This document shows, one piece after another, positions 1 through 7,410 of a stretch of DNA of 64,000 nt. A model generated the notes under the pieces. It worked only from the letters and a program-made list of their open reading frames with translations. It searched no databases and was not told the DNA's origin. The position numbers were made by a program, and so were the translations under genes. Positions within the stretch are counted from its first letter, which is position 1. Each line of letters starts with the position of its first letter. The stretch is from a virus, in the IMG/VR virus record IMGVR_UViG_3300020419_000005, one strand, 5' to 3'.

Positions 1-392
1 TCTATGTTACTAACGTAAGAATACTTGTGTTGAAGTATTAACCCATCACCCAAATACACCCCTGCGTGTTTAATAAGACTATTGGATAAACCATCAGCAA
101 TACCGAATGAGAAGCACACCACATCATTCTTTTTTAAGATACTCTTATACCAATCTATACCATCCCATTCTCCTTCATCCTTCTTGAATATAACTCCCCA
201 ACCCTCTGCTTCTATATCTTCTATCTTATATTCCCTTACAAACATACTGTAATCCTTAGAGAAGGTCTGAATACCAGTATCTTTCATATAATCATAGATC
301 AGTGTGAAACATCCTCCACCTCTCTGCTGTTTCCAAGGGCGACCTAACCAGGGGGAGTAATCATTCTCGTACTTTTTTATCAAATTGTCCAT
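1..392 (-). CDS. NlpC/P60-family protein (lambda gpK-like C40 fold), 3' end outside window
   Basis: Manual translation from ATG at 392: MDNLIKKYENDYSPWLGRPW..GGGCFTLIYDY...KHAGVYLGDGLILQH, which carries the Cys and His-x-Gly-x-Tyr-x-Gly-x-Gly-x4-His motifs of NlpC/P60. Confidence 0.75.
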   Translation of the reverse strand, partial: MDNLIKKYENDYSPWLGRPWKQQRGGGCFTLIYDYMKDTGIQTFSKDYSMFVREYKIEDIEAEGWGVIFKKDEGEWDGIDWYKSILKKNDVVCFSFGIADGLSNSLIKHAGVYLGDGLILQHKYSYVSNI

Positions 393-503
393 AGGTAAAA
401 TTTTTTCTGGGGATTTTTTTATATATCAGGGTACCTTAAATGCGTTTTCGATAATATAGCAAACCCTATACTTTTGTAGGTTAGTCAAAAAAGATTTTTT
501 TAA

Positions 504-527
504 TATGCCACTTTTCCGATTGGCACA
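504..527. promoter_or_regulatory. Imperfect palindrome TATGCCAC-N8-TTGGCACA (early-promoter TG(G/T)CACA family)
   Basis: Same 8-8-8 architecture as copies at 7832, 9158, 10367 and 12134. Confidence 0.5.
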
Positions 528-531
528 AGGC

Positions 532-556
532 GAAAATGATAATCGTTTTCATTCTC
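532..556. promoter_or_regulatory. Fur-box-like site
   Basis: GAAAATGATAATCGTTTTC matches GATAATGATAATCATTATC at 16/19; an overlapping second box offset by 6 bp matches 14/19. Confidence 0.5.
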
Positions 557-575
557 ACCTGTGTCACCTCTGAGA

Positions 576-785
576 CTACCAGAGATACGTAACTTTTTTA
601 TTCTCAGGGAATTGTATTTTATCCCCAACTAAAATTGCGTCATACTTAGTTAATAGATGGAATGTTTGCTTCATAAAATTTAAAGCACCCTCTAGAGATA
701 AATCGCTGATTAACTCAGCATCAAATCTTTTCTTATAGTAAGTTGTAGTTTGGAATTGCTTGAAAGTTATTTGATTAAGTTCCAT
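576..785 (-). CDS. hypothetical early protein
   Basis: ORF track; preceded by TATAAT promoter and AACACTA leader. Confidence 0.7.
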   Translation of the reverse strand: MELNQITFKQFQTTTYYKKRFDAELISDLSLEGALNFMKQTFHLLTKYDAILVGDKIQFPENKKVTYLW

Positions 786-912
786 AGTGGGTTGCTTAGT
801 GTTGTTATATTAATTATAGCGAATTATTCCCCCCTATGCGAACTAATTAGAATATATGTTAAATTGCTGTTATTATGACAATCACGTTACATAACTCTTG
901 AAAAAAACCGCC

Positions 913-940
913 TTGCGTGCTAACTTCCTAAGACTACAAT
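913..940 (+). promoter_or_regulatory. Plus-strand sigma70-like promoter (antisense to the early region)
   Basis: TTGCGT-16nt-TACAAT with an upstream A8 tract. Confidence 0.45.
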
Positions 941-1015
941 AACCTAAGATATTAATAGAGATATAAAATTGAAAAGTATATTTATTTTAACCTTTTTAAT
1001 TTATACTAAATCTAT

Positions 1016-1378
1016 TCATTTATACCGTAAGTTTTTAAAATGATCGTTTACTTTGTTCCCATCTATATGTCTCACTTGCCTATGATCTATATTAGTTATT
1101 TGTTCTTCTTCTATTGTTTCCGCACTTATAAAAGCACTTGCTACAAGTCTGGCAATTCTTCTTACAACTGTTTTCCCTTCTTTTCTGAGAGTTACTCTCT
1201 TGTAACCGTTTTCATTAATATGAGTCTGTAATTGTTTCCACTTTCCCCACTTAGTAGAGAATACTTCTCCATTCTCTTTTATGTAATAATCTTCATACTG
1301 TGGTAGTGCCTTATACAACTTTCCGCTATCATCAACAAAAGTTTCCGCATCAACTTTTTTAAACGTGTAAATAGTCAT
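1016..1378 (-). CDS. NUMOD4-HNH endonuclease
   Basis: YKALPQYEDYYIKENGEVFS (NUMOD4-like), GYKRVTL..RIARLVASAFI, VRHIDGNKVNDHFKNLRY (HNH_3-like). Confidence 0.8.
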   Translation of the reverse strand: MTIYTFKKVDAETFVDDSGKLYKALPQYEDYYIKENGEVFSTKWGKWKQLQTHINENGYKRVTLRKEGKTVVRRIARLVASAFISAETIEEEQITNIDHRQVRHIDGNKVNDHFKNLRYK

Positions 1379-1394
1379 TATTTTAAAGGATAAT

Positions 1395-1422
1395 AAAAAA
1401 AGGACTTTGTTAGAGTCCTTTT
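1395..1422. terminator. Bidirectional intrinsic terminator
   Basis: A-tract-GGACT-TTGTTAG-AGTCC-T-tract. Confidence 0.8.
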
Positions 1423-1453
1423 ATATAGGTATTTAATTAAAACCCTTTTATGC

Positions 1454-1993
1454 TTAGAAATTGTTGAAAATGTGATTATCCCACTCGCAATAATCATAAC
1501 TTAGGTTATTATCCCATATTTTGTTATAATCAATAGAGGACTCTATCCAAGTTGGTAAGTCTCTTGAAATATAACCACAATCTGAGATTAAGTTTTCTGT
1601 GAATTCTGCTCCACTTTCCCACTTTCCCATATATGAGTCTTCTAAGTGCATCAAGTCAGCAATATCGAAAATTGAAATAAATGCTTCAATAATCTCATCA
1701 ACTGGCGAATCATAGTAACGTAACTCTTGAGATACGTTTTCATATGTGTCGATATGCTCGATAGCGTCATCAATATCAAGTTCAAAAGTCTCTTGAAATT
1801 CTTGAATTTCGTCAAGTCTCTCTGTACCTTCTTCAAGTGCTATCTCTGTAACTTTAGAAAATTCTACTCCATAGTCAGTAGAGAATTGTAAACTACGGTC
1901 AACAATAGCACTAAGTTCAGTAATTCTTGACTTTCTTAAGTCTGCATTAATCTGATCTAGTCTAGATTGCTGAGAGTTAGATAAAGTTTGCAT
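1454..1993 (-). CDS. ArdA-like antirestriction (DNA-mimic) protein
   Basis: Very acidic; C-terminal EDSYMGKWESGAEFTENLI..DLPTWIESSIDYNKIW..LSYDY resembles the ArdA C-terminal domain. Confidence 0.7.
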   Translation of the reverse strand: MQTLSNSQQSRLDQINADLRKSRITELSAIVDRSLQFSTDYGVEFSKVTEIALEEGTERLDEIQEFQETFELDIDDAIEHIDTYENVSQELRYYDSPVDEIIEAFISIFDIADLMHLEDSYMGKWESGAEFTENLISDCGYISRDLPTWIESSIDYNKIWDNNLSYDYCEWDNHIFNNF

Positions 1994-2011
1994 TTGGGAT
2001 TTAAGTGTTGT

Positions 2012-2063
2012 TATATTAATGATAACATAAATTTTTGATTTATGTCAAGAAAAAAGAGAATTT
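2012..2063 (-). promoter_or_regulatory. Early sigma70 promoter cassette, copy 1 of a 52-bp direct repeat
   Basis: TTGACA..TGtTATCAT; 50/52 identical to 2367-2418. Confidence 0.85.
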
Positions 2064-2344
2064 TATACTTTCTTAAGGTTTACATATCCCTCATAATAAG
2101 TAATTGCAAGTTCTAAAACAATTTCAAAAACCTCTGTTGAAACATAAATTTCATTATCAAAAACGTAAGAATCTCTTTTCATTAAGACTTCTAAAACGTT
2201 ATGGGCAATATCTTCTAAATCTTTTTGAGTAAAAACAGTTGCCTTCCACCCACCAGTATAGTTAAATCTTTTATCAAGTGTTTTAACTAAATCCTCTGTT
2301 GTAACTGTGGATAGGTCAAGAGCGAAATTTTTGATTTTTGACAT
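2063..2344 (-). CDS. hypothetical early protein (start revised to MSKIK)
   Basis: The longer ORF start lies inside the promoter; AACACT leader precedes the ATG at 2344. Confidence 0.7.
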   Translation of the reverse strand: MSKIKNFALDLSTVTTEDLVKTLDKRFNYTGGWKATVFTQKDLEDIAHNVLEVLMKRDSYVFDNEIYVSTEVFEIVLELAITYYEGYVNLKKV

Positions 2345-2366
2345 TTTGGGAAAAAAGTGTTTTGTA

Positions 2367-2418
2367 TATATTAATGATAACATAAATTTTTAGTTTATGT
2401 CAAGAAAAAAGAGAATTT
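2367..2418 (-). promoter_or_regulatory. Early sigma70 promoter cassette, copy 2
   Basis: TTGACA..TGtTATCAT; 50/52 identical to 2012-2063. Confidence 0.85.
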
Positions 2419-2427
2419 AATATTCTC

Positions 2428-2676
2428 TTAATATTCTCCCCATATTCTAAGATATGCGTTAATCTCTGCTAATGTGCAAGAATATTTGTACTCAGCAGCA
2501 TTACCAGTAATAAATCGCCCAAAACTATTAGTTAATGCTATCTCAAATAATCCTTCTTTAGTGTATTCTAGGATAGATGCACCAAAGTTATTATTTGGGA
2601 AATTTATCTTACTTACTGTTGTATCTGGGATATTTCCCTTTTCTGTAGCGTAAGGATAGAATTCAAACATAATCAT
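2428..2676 (-). CDS. hypothetical early protein
   Basis: ORF track; own promoter and AACACT leader. Confidence 0.7.
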   Translation of the reverse strand: MIMFEFYPYATEKGNIPDTTVSKINFPNNNFGASILEYTKEGLFEIALTNSFGRFITGNAAEYKYSCTLAEINAYLRIWGEY

Positions 2677-2761
2677 TAAGTGTTGTTATTACTATGATAA
2701 CATAAAAATTTGATTATGTGAGACTTTTTTTAAAATGAATTGTTAAGAAATTATAAAGCAT

Positions 2762-2797
2762 AAAAAAAGGTTAGAGTTCCCACGCTCTAACCTTCTT
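2762..2797 (-). terminator. Intrinsic terminator
   Basis: AAGGUUAGAG-CGUGGGAA-CUCUAACCUU followed by a U-run. Confidence 0.85.
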
Positions 2798-2913
2798 TAA
2801 TTGAATATGTTAAGATATATTACAATCAGTTGCAATATTAACCCTAGTGTGAGTTAGGATTAATAACTGGACTTACATCAAGGGAACACTAAACCCTTAA
2901 ATGCCAGTAACGT
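2762..2913 (-). ncRNA. Candidate structured RNA (three hairpins plus terminator) in the 3' UTR of 2914-3345
   Basis: HP1 ACUGG-CAUUUAAGGG[UUUAGUGUU]CCCUUGAUG-UAAGU-CCAGU; HP2 11-bp stem with loop ACUCACAC; HP3; G-U pairs form only on the minus strand. Confidence 0.55.
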
Positions 2914-3345
2914 TTAACCTAGTGGGTAGTATCCGTTAGTGTTGAAATAGTCTATATCTGAAATAGTTAAATGCTTTTCAAATACTTTCATACCTTCATA
3001 AAATTGAATCTCAGCACCAGTTAATGTGTCTACTAAAATCCATTGCTTTTTATGTTGCTTTATATAAACTCTATCCTTAGTTAGTTCACTAAGAATTGCG
3101 TTTAATCTCTCTTTAGTTGTTTTGGTTCTAAAACCGCCATTATACAATTTAACTGACCTGTAACCAAAGTGTGTGTGGTCAATTTCTGCTATAACAGTAT
3201 CGTAAAATTTTACGTCAACAATGTTAGAACCGTCTTGTCTAGTAATAACTTCAGTATTACCTAGTCCAGTTCCCTTAGTGTTGCACTTCATCATAGCGAA
3301 AATTGCTGATGTTGTACTGGGTTTTGAAAAAGTCAAGTTGGTCAT
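2914..3345 (-). CDS. hypothetical early protein of a type common in cyanophages
   Basis: LYNGGFRTKTTKERLNAIL motif; AACACTATG leader. Confidence 0.75.
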   Translation of the reverse strand: MTNLTFSKPSTTSAIFAMMKCNTKGTGLGNTEVITRQDGSNIVDVKFYDTVIAEIDHTHFGYRSVKLYNGGFRTKTTKERLNAILSELTKDRVYIKQHKKQWILVDTLTGAEIQFYEGMKVFEKHLTISDIDYFNTNGYYPLG

Positions 3346-3416
3346 AGTGTTTTTTGCTTATGAGTCTATTCTAGCAAAGAATAGTGGTATATGTGGATTG
3401 AATTGTTAAGAGAATC

Positions 3417-3548
3417 TTAAGACTTTTTTTTCTTAGCGTCTCTAACCATTTTATTAAACTTCTTACTTTGTTTTGGACTCATACCGCAAAAATAGTTTAA
3501 TAAGTTGCCTTCATATTGATCGGCAAGTGCTATAAGGTCATTATTCAT
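3417..3548 (-). CDS. small hypothetical protein (43 aa)
   Basis: Manual: MNNDLIALADQYEGNLLNYFCG...; TAATG coupling with the upstream ORF. Confidence 0.6.
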   Translation of the reverse strand: MNNDLIALADQYEGNLLNYFCGMSPKQSKKFNKMVRDAKKKKS

Positions 3549-3682
3549 TAGTAAGTACCTCTTAATAAGTTCTTACTGTTGTTAAACTGGTCAATAAGTG
3601 CTTCAGTTTTAGCGTTTTGTTTCGCTATTTCCTTATCGGCAAATTTGATAAGTCTGTGAAGCATTTGTAAATCCTTATCCAT
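3548..3682 (-). CDS. small hypothetical protein (44 aa)
   Basis: Manual: MDKDLQMLHRLIKF...; promoter and AACACTA leader upstream. Confidence 0.6.
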   Translation of the reverse strand: MDKDLQMLHRLIKFADKEIAKQNAKTEALIDQFNNSKNLLRGTY

Positions 3683-3758
3683 AATGTTTAAATTAGTGTT
3701 GTTTGGATATATCCAATATAAGGGAAAATTAGGATAAATGCAATAGGAAAACAGATTC

Positions 3759-4001
3759 TTAACATTTTTTTAACAATTCATCTTTTCCTCTTTGAATATA
3801 TCCCTTTTTATATGATTCAACTGAAATTTCGCTTATATTCTCTATTTCTTCTTCAGTTAAACCTGATTCTTCAAAAATTAGTGCATTATCACTAAATTTT
3901 GTTAGAGTTTCAATTACTTCTTCAAAAGAAAAATCTCTATTGATAGCATTTTCGCCAAATGCAATTTCAAAAACTTCTTCAATAAATTCATTTTGTGTCA
4001 T
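3759..4001 (-). CDS. acidic hypothetical early protein
   Basis: ORF track; ATGA coupling. Confidence 0.7.
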   Translation of the reverse strand: MTQNEFIEEVFEIAFGENAINRDFSFEEVIETLTKFSDNALIFEESGLTEEEIENISEISVESYKKGYIQRGKDELLKKC

Positions 4002-4135
4002 TTGATTAAATCCTTATGTAATTTGATTAAAATTGATGAATTAACATCTATAATTTCAGTTTTCTTATCATCATTTTCAGAATAATGAAAGTTTAAACAC
4101 TCTATCATATAGAGTAACTCTTTTTGTGTAAACAT
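3998..4135 (-). CDS. small hypothetical protein (45 aa)
   Basis: Manual: MFTQKELLYMIECLNFHY...; coupled at both ends. Confidence 0.6.
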   Translation of the reverse strand: MFTQKELLYMIECLNFHYSENDDKKTEIIDVNSSILIKLHKDLIK

Positions 4136-4335
4136 TATACAATTCCCTCTTCAACTAATCCCATTATGTTGCCTGTTTCATCAACTATTTCCCCAGTTTC
4201 GTTGTCCCTGACACAACTGTATTCATAATCACAACCAAATTCAAAGGATAAATCCATTGCTTTTTGTAAATCGTCAGTAAATACCTCTGAATTGAATAAT
4301 CTGGGTGTTTCAACTGTGTATTTGAAATTGTCCAT
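4135..4335 (-). CDS. acidic hypothetical early protein
   Basis: ORF track; TTGACA promoter and AACACTAAA leader. Confidence 0.7.
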   Translation of the reverse strand: MDNFKYTVETPRLFNSEVFTDDLQKAMDLSFEFGCDYEYSCVRDNETGEIVDETGNIMGLVEEGIV

Positions 4336-4415
4336 TTGTTTTTAGTGTTTGTATGTTATGATTTATTATTGCATATAATTCTGTTATATGTCAATAAGGA
4401 AATATAAAGAGAATA

Positions 4416-4673
4416 TTAAGATAATATTCCCATTTTTGTTGCTGTTTGTTTAGTTGCTCTACGCTCTATAACAAAATCCCTTACTCTCTCTCTATCAAGA
4501 GAATCCCCACCGCCCCAAGTAACGTGAGTTCCAACTTCGCATAAATCAAGATAGTTTAAAGTTGCAAGTGCTAACTCTTCCCTAGTTAAACCGTCTATAG
4601 GGTAAAGTACATCAGGGTGACTAGGTGAATAGAATGATTCACAATAATCAAGAAATTCTTTAAAGTTGTCCAT
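4416..4673 (-). CDS. hypothetical early protein (start revised to MDNFKEF)
   Basis: AACACTATG at 4671-4679; WGGGDSLDRERVRD motif. Confidence 0.75.
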   Translation of the reverse strand: MDNFKEFLDYCESFYSPSHPDVLYPIDGLTREELALATLNYLDLCEVGTHVTWGGGDSLDRERVRDFVIERRATKQTATKMGILS

Positions 4674-4745
4674 AGTGTTTTTTGTAGATGAATCCATCAT
4701 AACATAAAATAATGAATGATGGATATATGAATTGTTAAATAAATG

Positions 4746-4991
4746 TTAAGAAAATAAATCTGAACATAATGATCTATGAATCATAAACAATTTATCTAAA
4801 TCGCTTGAATCAAAACTTATCCATTCTGAGACGTATTCCCATCTATCAAAATCTGTAACCATTCCATCAAAATCTGGTGCTGAACAAAAATCCTTATTTT
4901 CGTCTAACCAAAATGACCTTCCAAAGTGCATAGAATGAGTTACTCTCAATTCTATTGATTGATTCCACTCATATGTTGATAAAGTAGGCAT
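4746..4991 (-). CDS. hypothetical early protein
   Basis: ORF track; own cassette. Confidence 0.7.
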   Translation of the reverse strand: MPTLSTYEWNQSIELRVTHSMHFGRSFWLDENKDFCSAPDFDGMVTDFDRWEYVSEWISFDSSDLDKLFMIHRSLCSDLFS

Positions 4992-5065
4992 AGCGTTTAA
5001 AGTGTTGTTATATCCAATATATCATAAAATAATCAATATTGGATATATGAATTGTTAAGAAATAA

Positions 5066-5254
5066 TTAAAAGACGTAACAGTTATGAATAAACATTAATT
5101 CTTCATACTGTTCTGTTGAATATGCTCGTTTATCCTGTATGTTGAAATCCGACCAATCGCAACCATCTAATTTGATTTCCAAATTTTCGTATTCTGAATT
5201 CCATCGATGTAAAATTTTTGTACCATCAATTTGAGAGATAAATTTTCTTATCAT
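5066..5254 (-). CDS. hypothetical early protein
   Basis: ORF track; AGGAG upstream. Confidence 0.65.
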   Translation of the reverse strand: MIRKFISQIDGTKILHRWNSEYENLEIKLDGCDWSDFNIQDKRAYSTEQYEELMFIHNCYVF

Positions 5255-5255
5255 T

Positions 5256-5486
5256 TTAAAAAACTCCTTCTAGTGATAATTGAGTATCGGCAAATACTTC
5301 TTCTTCGATTTCGTCTATTACTTCGTTGTATTCGCCATAATCTTCAGAATAGTCATCCCAATCATAATCCCCATTTTCAAAAATTTCTCTTGCGTGTTCC
5401 TGACTTCTTGCCATTATGGTATAAGTACCATATTTTTCAAATTTTGTTGTAACGTAGAAGCGTTTTTCTGTAGTTAGTTGTTTCAT
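5256..5486 (-). CDS. acidic hypothetical early protein (start MKQLTT)
   Basis: ORF track, start trimmed to remove overlap. Confidence 0.7.
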   Translation of the reverse strand: MKQLTTEKRFYVTTKFEKYGTYTIMARSQEHAREIFENGDYDWDDYSEDYGEYNEVIDEIEEEVFADTQLSLEGVF

Positions 5487-5490
5487 ATTA

Positions 5491-5754
5491 TTAACCCTTC
5501 GCTTCCATTTTCTGTTCAAATGCTAGTCTATCCCTTTCTTCGGGTGTAGTAACCGTTTCTGGGTCATACTGAGCGTTATATGCTTCTTGAAAGTCAAATC
5601 CTAGCATACCGTCAACGATTTCCTGTAATTCGTCAATATCTGTTTCAAATTGACTAAACCAAAAATCTTGATTCATAGGATGCTTATTATCGTTTTCTTT
5701 ACGATAGTTTTCTAGGTCAGTTTGGAACTGTTCTAAAATTTTTTCAAAGTTCAT
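5491..5754 (-). CDS. acidic hypothetical early protein
   Basis: ORF track; AACACTATG leader. Confidence 0.7.
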   Translation of the reverse strand: MNFEKILEQFQTDLENYRKENDNKHPMNQDFWFSQFETDIDELQEIVDGMLGFDFQEAYNAQYDPETVTTPEERDRLAFEQKMEAKG

Positions 5755-5833
5755 AGTGTTTTATGTGTTCTTGTATCCACTATATCATAAGATAATGAAT
5801 AATGGATATATGAATTATAAAGAAATTGTTAAA

Positions 5834-6208
5834 TTACTTGTTGAATTGATCGTAAAAATCGTCACTATTCAGTAGTGGCAACTGTTCATAAGATAAACGA
5901 CATTCGGGGTCAGGTTGCATAAATGCAACTATATCGTCAGTAAAACTGGTTACGTCTCCTTCATAGGCACTATAATAAGTGTTTTCAAACTCATAATCTT
6001 CCCATTGAGCATTTTTCCAGTTTAATAAATCCCAAGAAAAAACGTCTTCTTCAACATCCGATGAGTAATTTTCATACTGTTCTCTTGTCAATACAACTTC
6101 TTCTAAGATAAATCTTCTTCTTACAAGTGTAACTAGATTGTCTGAGTCTATTTTTTCTTGACCCATTTGTTGTGCTAGTATCTGTTGATTAGGTGTTAAT
6201 TTACTCAT
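5834..6208 (-). CDS. acidic hypothetical early protein
   Basis: ORF track. Confidence 0.7.
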   Translation of the reverse strand: MSKLTPNQQILAQQMGQEKIDSDNLVTLVRRRFILEEVVLTREQYENYSSDVEEDVFSWDLLNWKNAQWEDYEFENTYYSAYEGDVTSFTDDIVAFMQPDPECRLSYEQLPLLNSDDFYDQFNK

Positions 6209-6348
6209 TGATGATAAACCTCATAATGTTGAATTGTGTCAAGTGCTTCGATTTGATGATCGTTTAACTCAAAGTCCATATCTCTGAGTATATCATACAA
6301 TTTAACCATATTGTAAATTTGATCGTTTGTTAATGGTATATTAATCAT
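6205..6348 (-). CDS. small hypothetical protein (47 aa)
   Basis: Manual: MINIPLTNDQIYNMVKLYDILRDMDFEL... Confidence 0.55.
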   Translation of the reverse strand: MINIPLTNDQIYNMVKLYDILRDMDFELNDHQIEALDTIQHYEVYHQ

Positions 6349-6562
6349 TTTCCATACCTCGCATTGAATCGTCAAATTTCCAATAGGTGTATAACCACTC
6401 GAAATTGTCTGTTAATGGTTCTTTACCATCTACAACAAATTCATCAAATAATGCTCTTGAATCCTCTGTACGGTTTTCATCAACTGCTCTGATGGTTGAT
6501 TTCATTATTGTGTCAATTAAGACATCAATAGATTTATCTAAAGTTTCGGTCATCATTGGCAT
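6341..6562 (-). CDS. hypothetical early protein
   Basis: ORF track. Confidence 0.65.
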   Translation of the reverse strand: MPMMTETLDKSIDVLIDTIMKSTIRAVDENRTEDSRALFDEFVVDGKEPLTDNFEWLYTYWKFDDSMRGMEND

Positions 6563-6720
6563 AAATCCTCAAATCTTTTTCCTACGATAGCATCTATAGA
6601 TACTGGGTCAAGATCTGACTCTTTAACGTCAAATCCTTCTTTTTTCAAATTTGCGAGTGATTCAGCAACAACCTCATCATAGAGTGTTTCTAAAATCGCT
6701 TCGTGATGTAAAACTGACAT
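6553..6720 (-). CDS. small hypothetical protein (55 aa)
   Basis: Manual: MSVLHHEAILETLYDE...KRFEDLCQ; AACACTA leader. Confidence 0.7.
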   Translation of the reverse strand: MSVLHHEAILETLYDEVVAESLANLKKEGFDVKESDLDPVSIDAIVGKRFEDLCQ

Positions 6721-6763
6721 AATAGTGTTTTGTGTCTTGATTTAATATTAAAGGATAATGTGA

Positions 6764-6997
6764 CTATTTCAAGTCTGGTAGTGCCACTTCTTTAACTGGC
6801 ATAGCATAGAGTATTTTTTCAAATGTTGCTTTGCTATCTTTTAATTTGTTCTTTTTGTACCATACTCTATACATATCAACGGTATTTGATGTATCATTAC
6901 CATTTGTTTCATTATTATAGAATGAGAAAAAGAACATCATAGAGTCAATTAAAATCTGTTGCTCTGTTTCGTTTAATGTTATGTTAAGTTGTTTCAT
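6764..6997 (-). CDS. hypothetical early protein
   Basis: ORF track. Confidence 0.65.
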   Translation of the reverse strand: MKQLNITLNETEQQILIDSMMFFFSFYNNETNGNDTSNTVDMYRVWYKKNKLKDSKATFEKILYAMPVKEVALPDLK

Positions 6998-6999
6998 AA

Positions 7000-7338
7000 T
7001 TAACAGTAAAATGAAGTTGGTCTTTTAGCAATTTTAGTCTGATCTTTTCTTTTCATTCTCAAAACCTCGAAATCTCTCTCAAGATCAAACGCTGTTTCTT
7101 TTGCTATTGGAAATTTAGTCTTACGTTGCTCTTTAGATAGTTCAAGTTCATTCTCTGTTAACCATTGATCTTTAATGACCTCTTGAACCTTCTTAAATGC
7201 CCCTACAACCGCATCTTTACCGTATCGGTCAAATGCTAGTCCTGACGTTGAATTGCTCTCGTCTAGGTCGCAATAACAGTAACCTAACTGATTTGCGATT
7301 AAACCTAGTTCTCTTGCTGTTAGATTTAATTGATACAT
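7000..7338 (-). CDS. hypothetical early protein
   Basis: ORF track; own cassette. Confidence 0.7.
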   Translation of the reverse strand: MYQLNLTARELGLIANQLGYCYCDLDESNSTSGLAFDRYGKDAVVGAFKKVQEVIKDQWLTENELELSKEQRKTKFPIAKETAFDLERDFEVLRMKRKDQTKIAKRPTSFYC

Positions 7339-7410
7339 TTTAGTTGTTTGGATTGTAATAGTTTAACATTATTATTATAATGGATATAATGACTAGAATT
7401 GTTAAGAAAA

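Noticed and set aside
1016-1378. Group I intron around the HNH gene
   Set aside because: No interrupted host gene and no P/Q/R/S elements; it is free-standing.
2762-2913. Self-cleaving ribozyme (hammerhead, twister, pistol)
   Set aside because: Catalytic core consensus could not be placed on either strand by eye; a covariance-model search is needed to exclude it fully.
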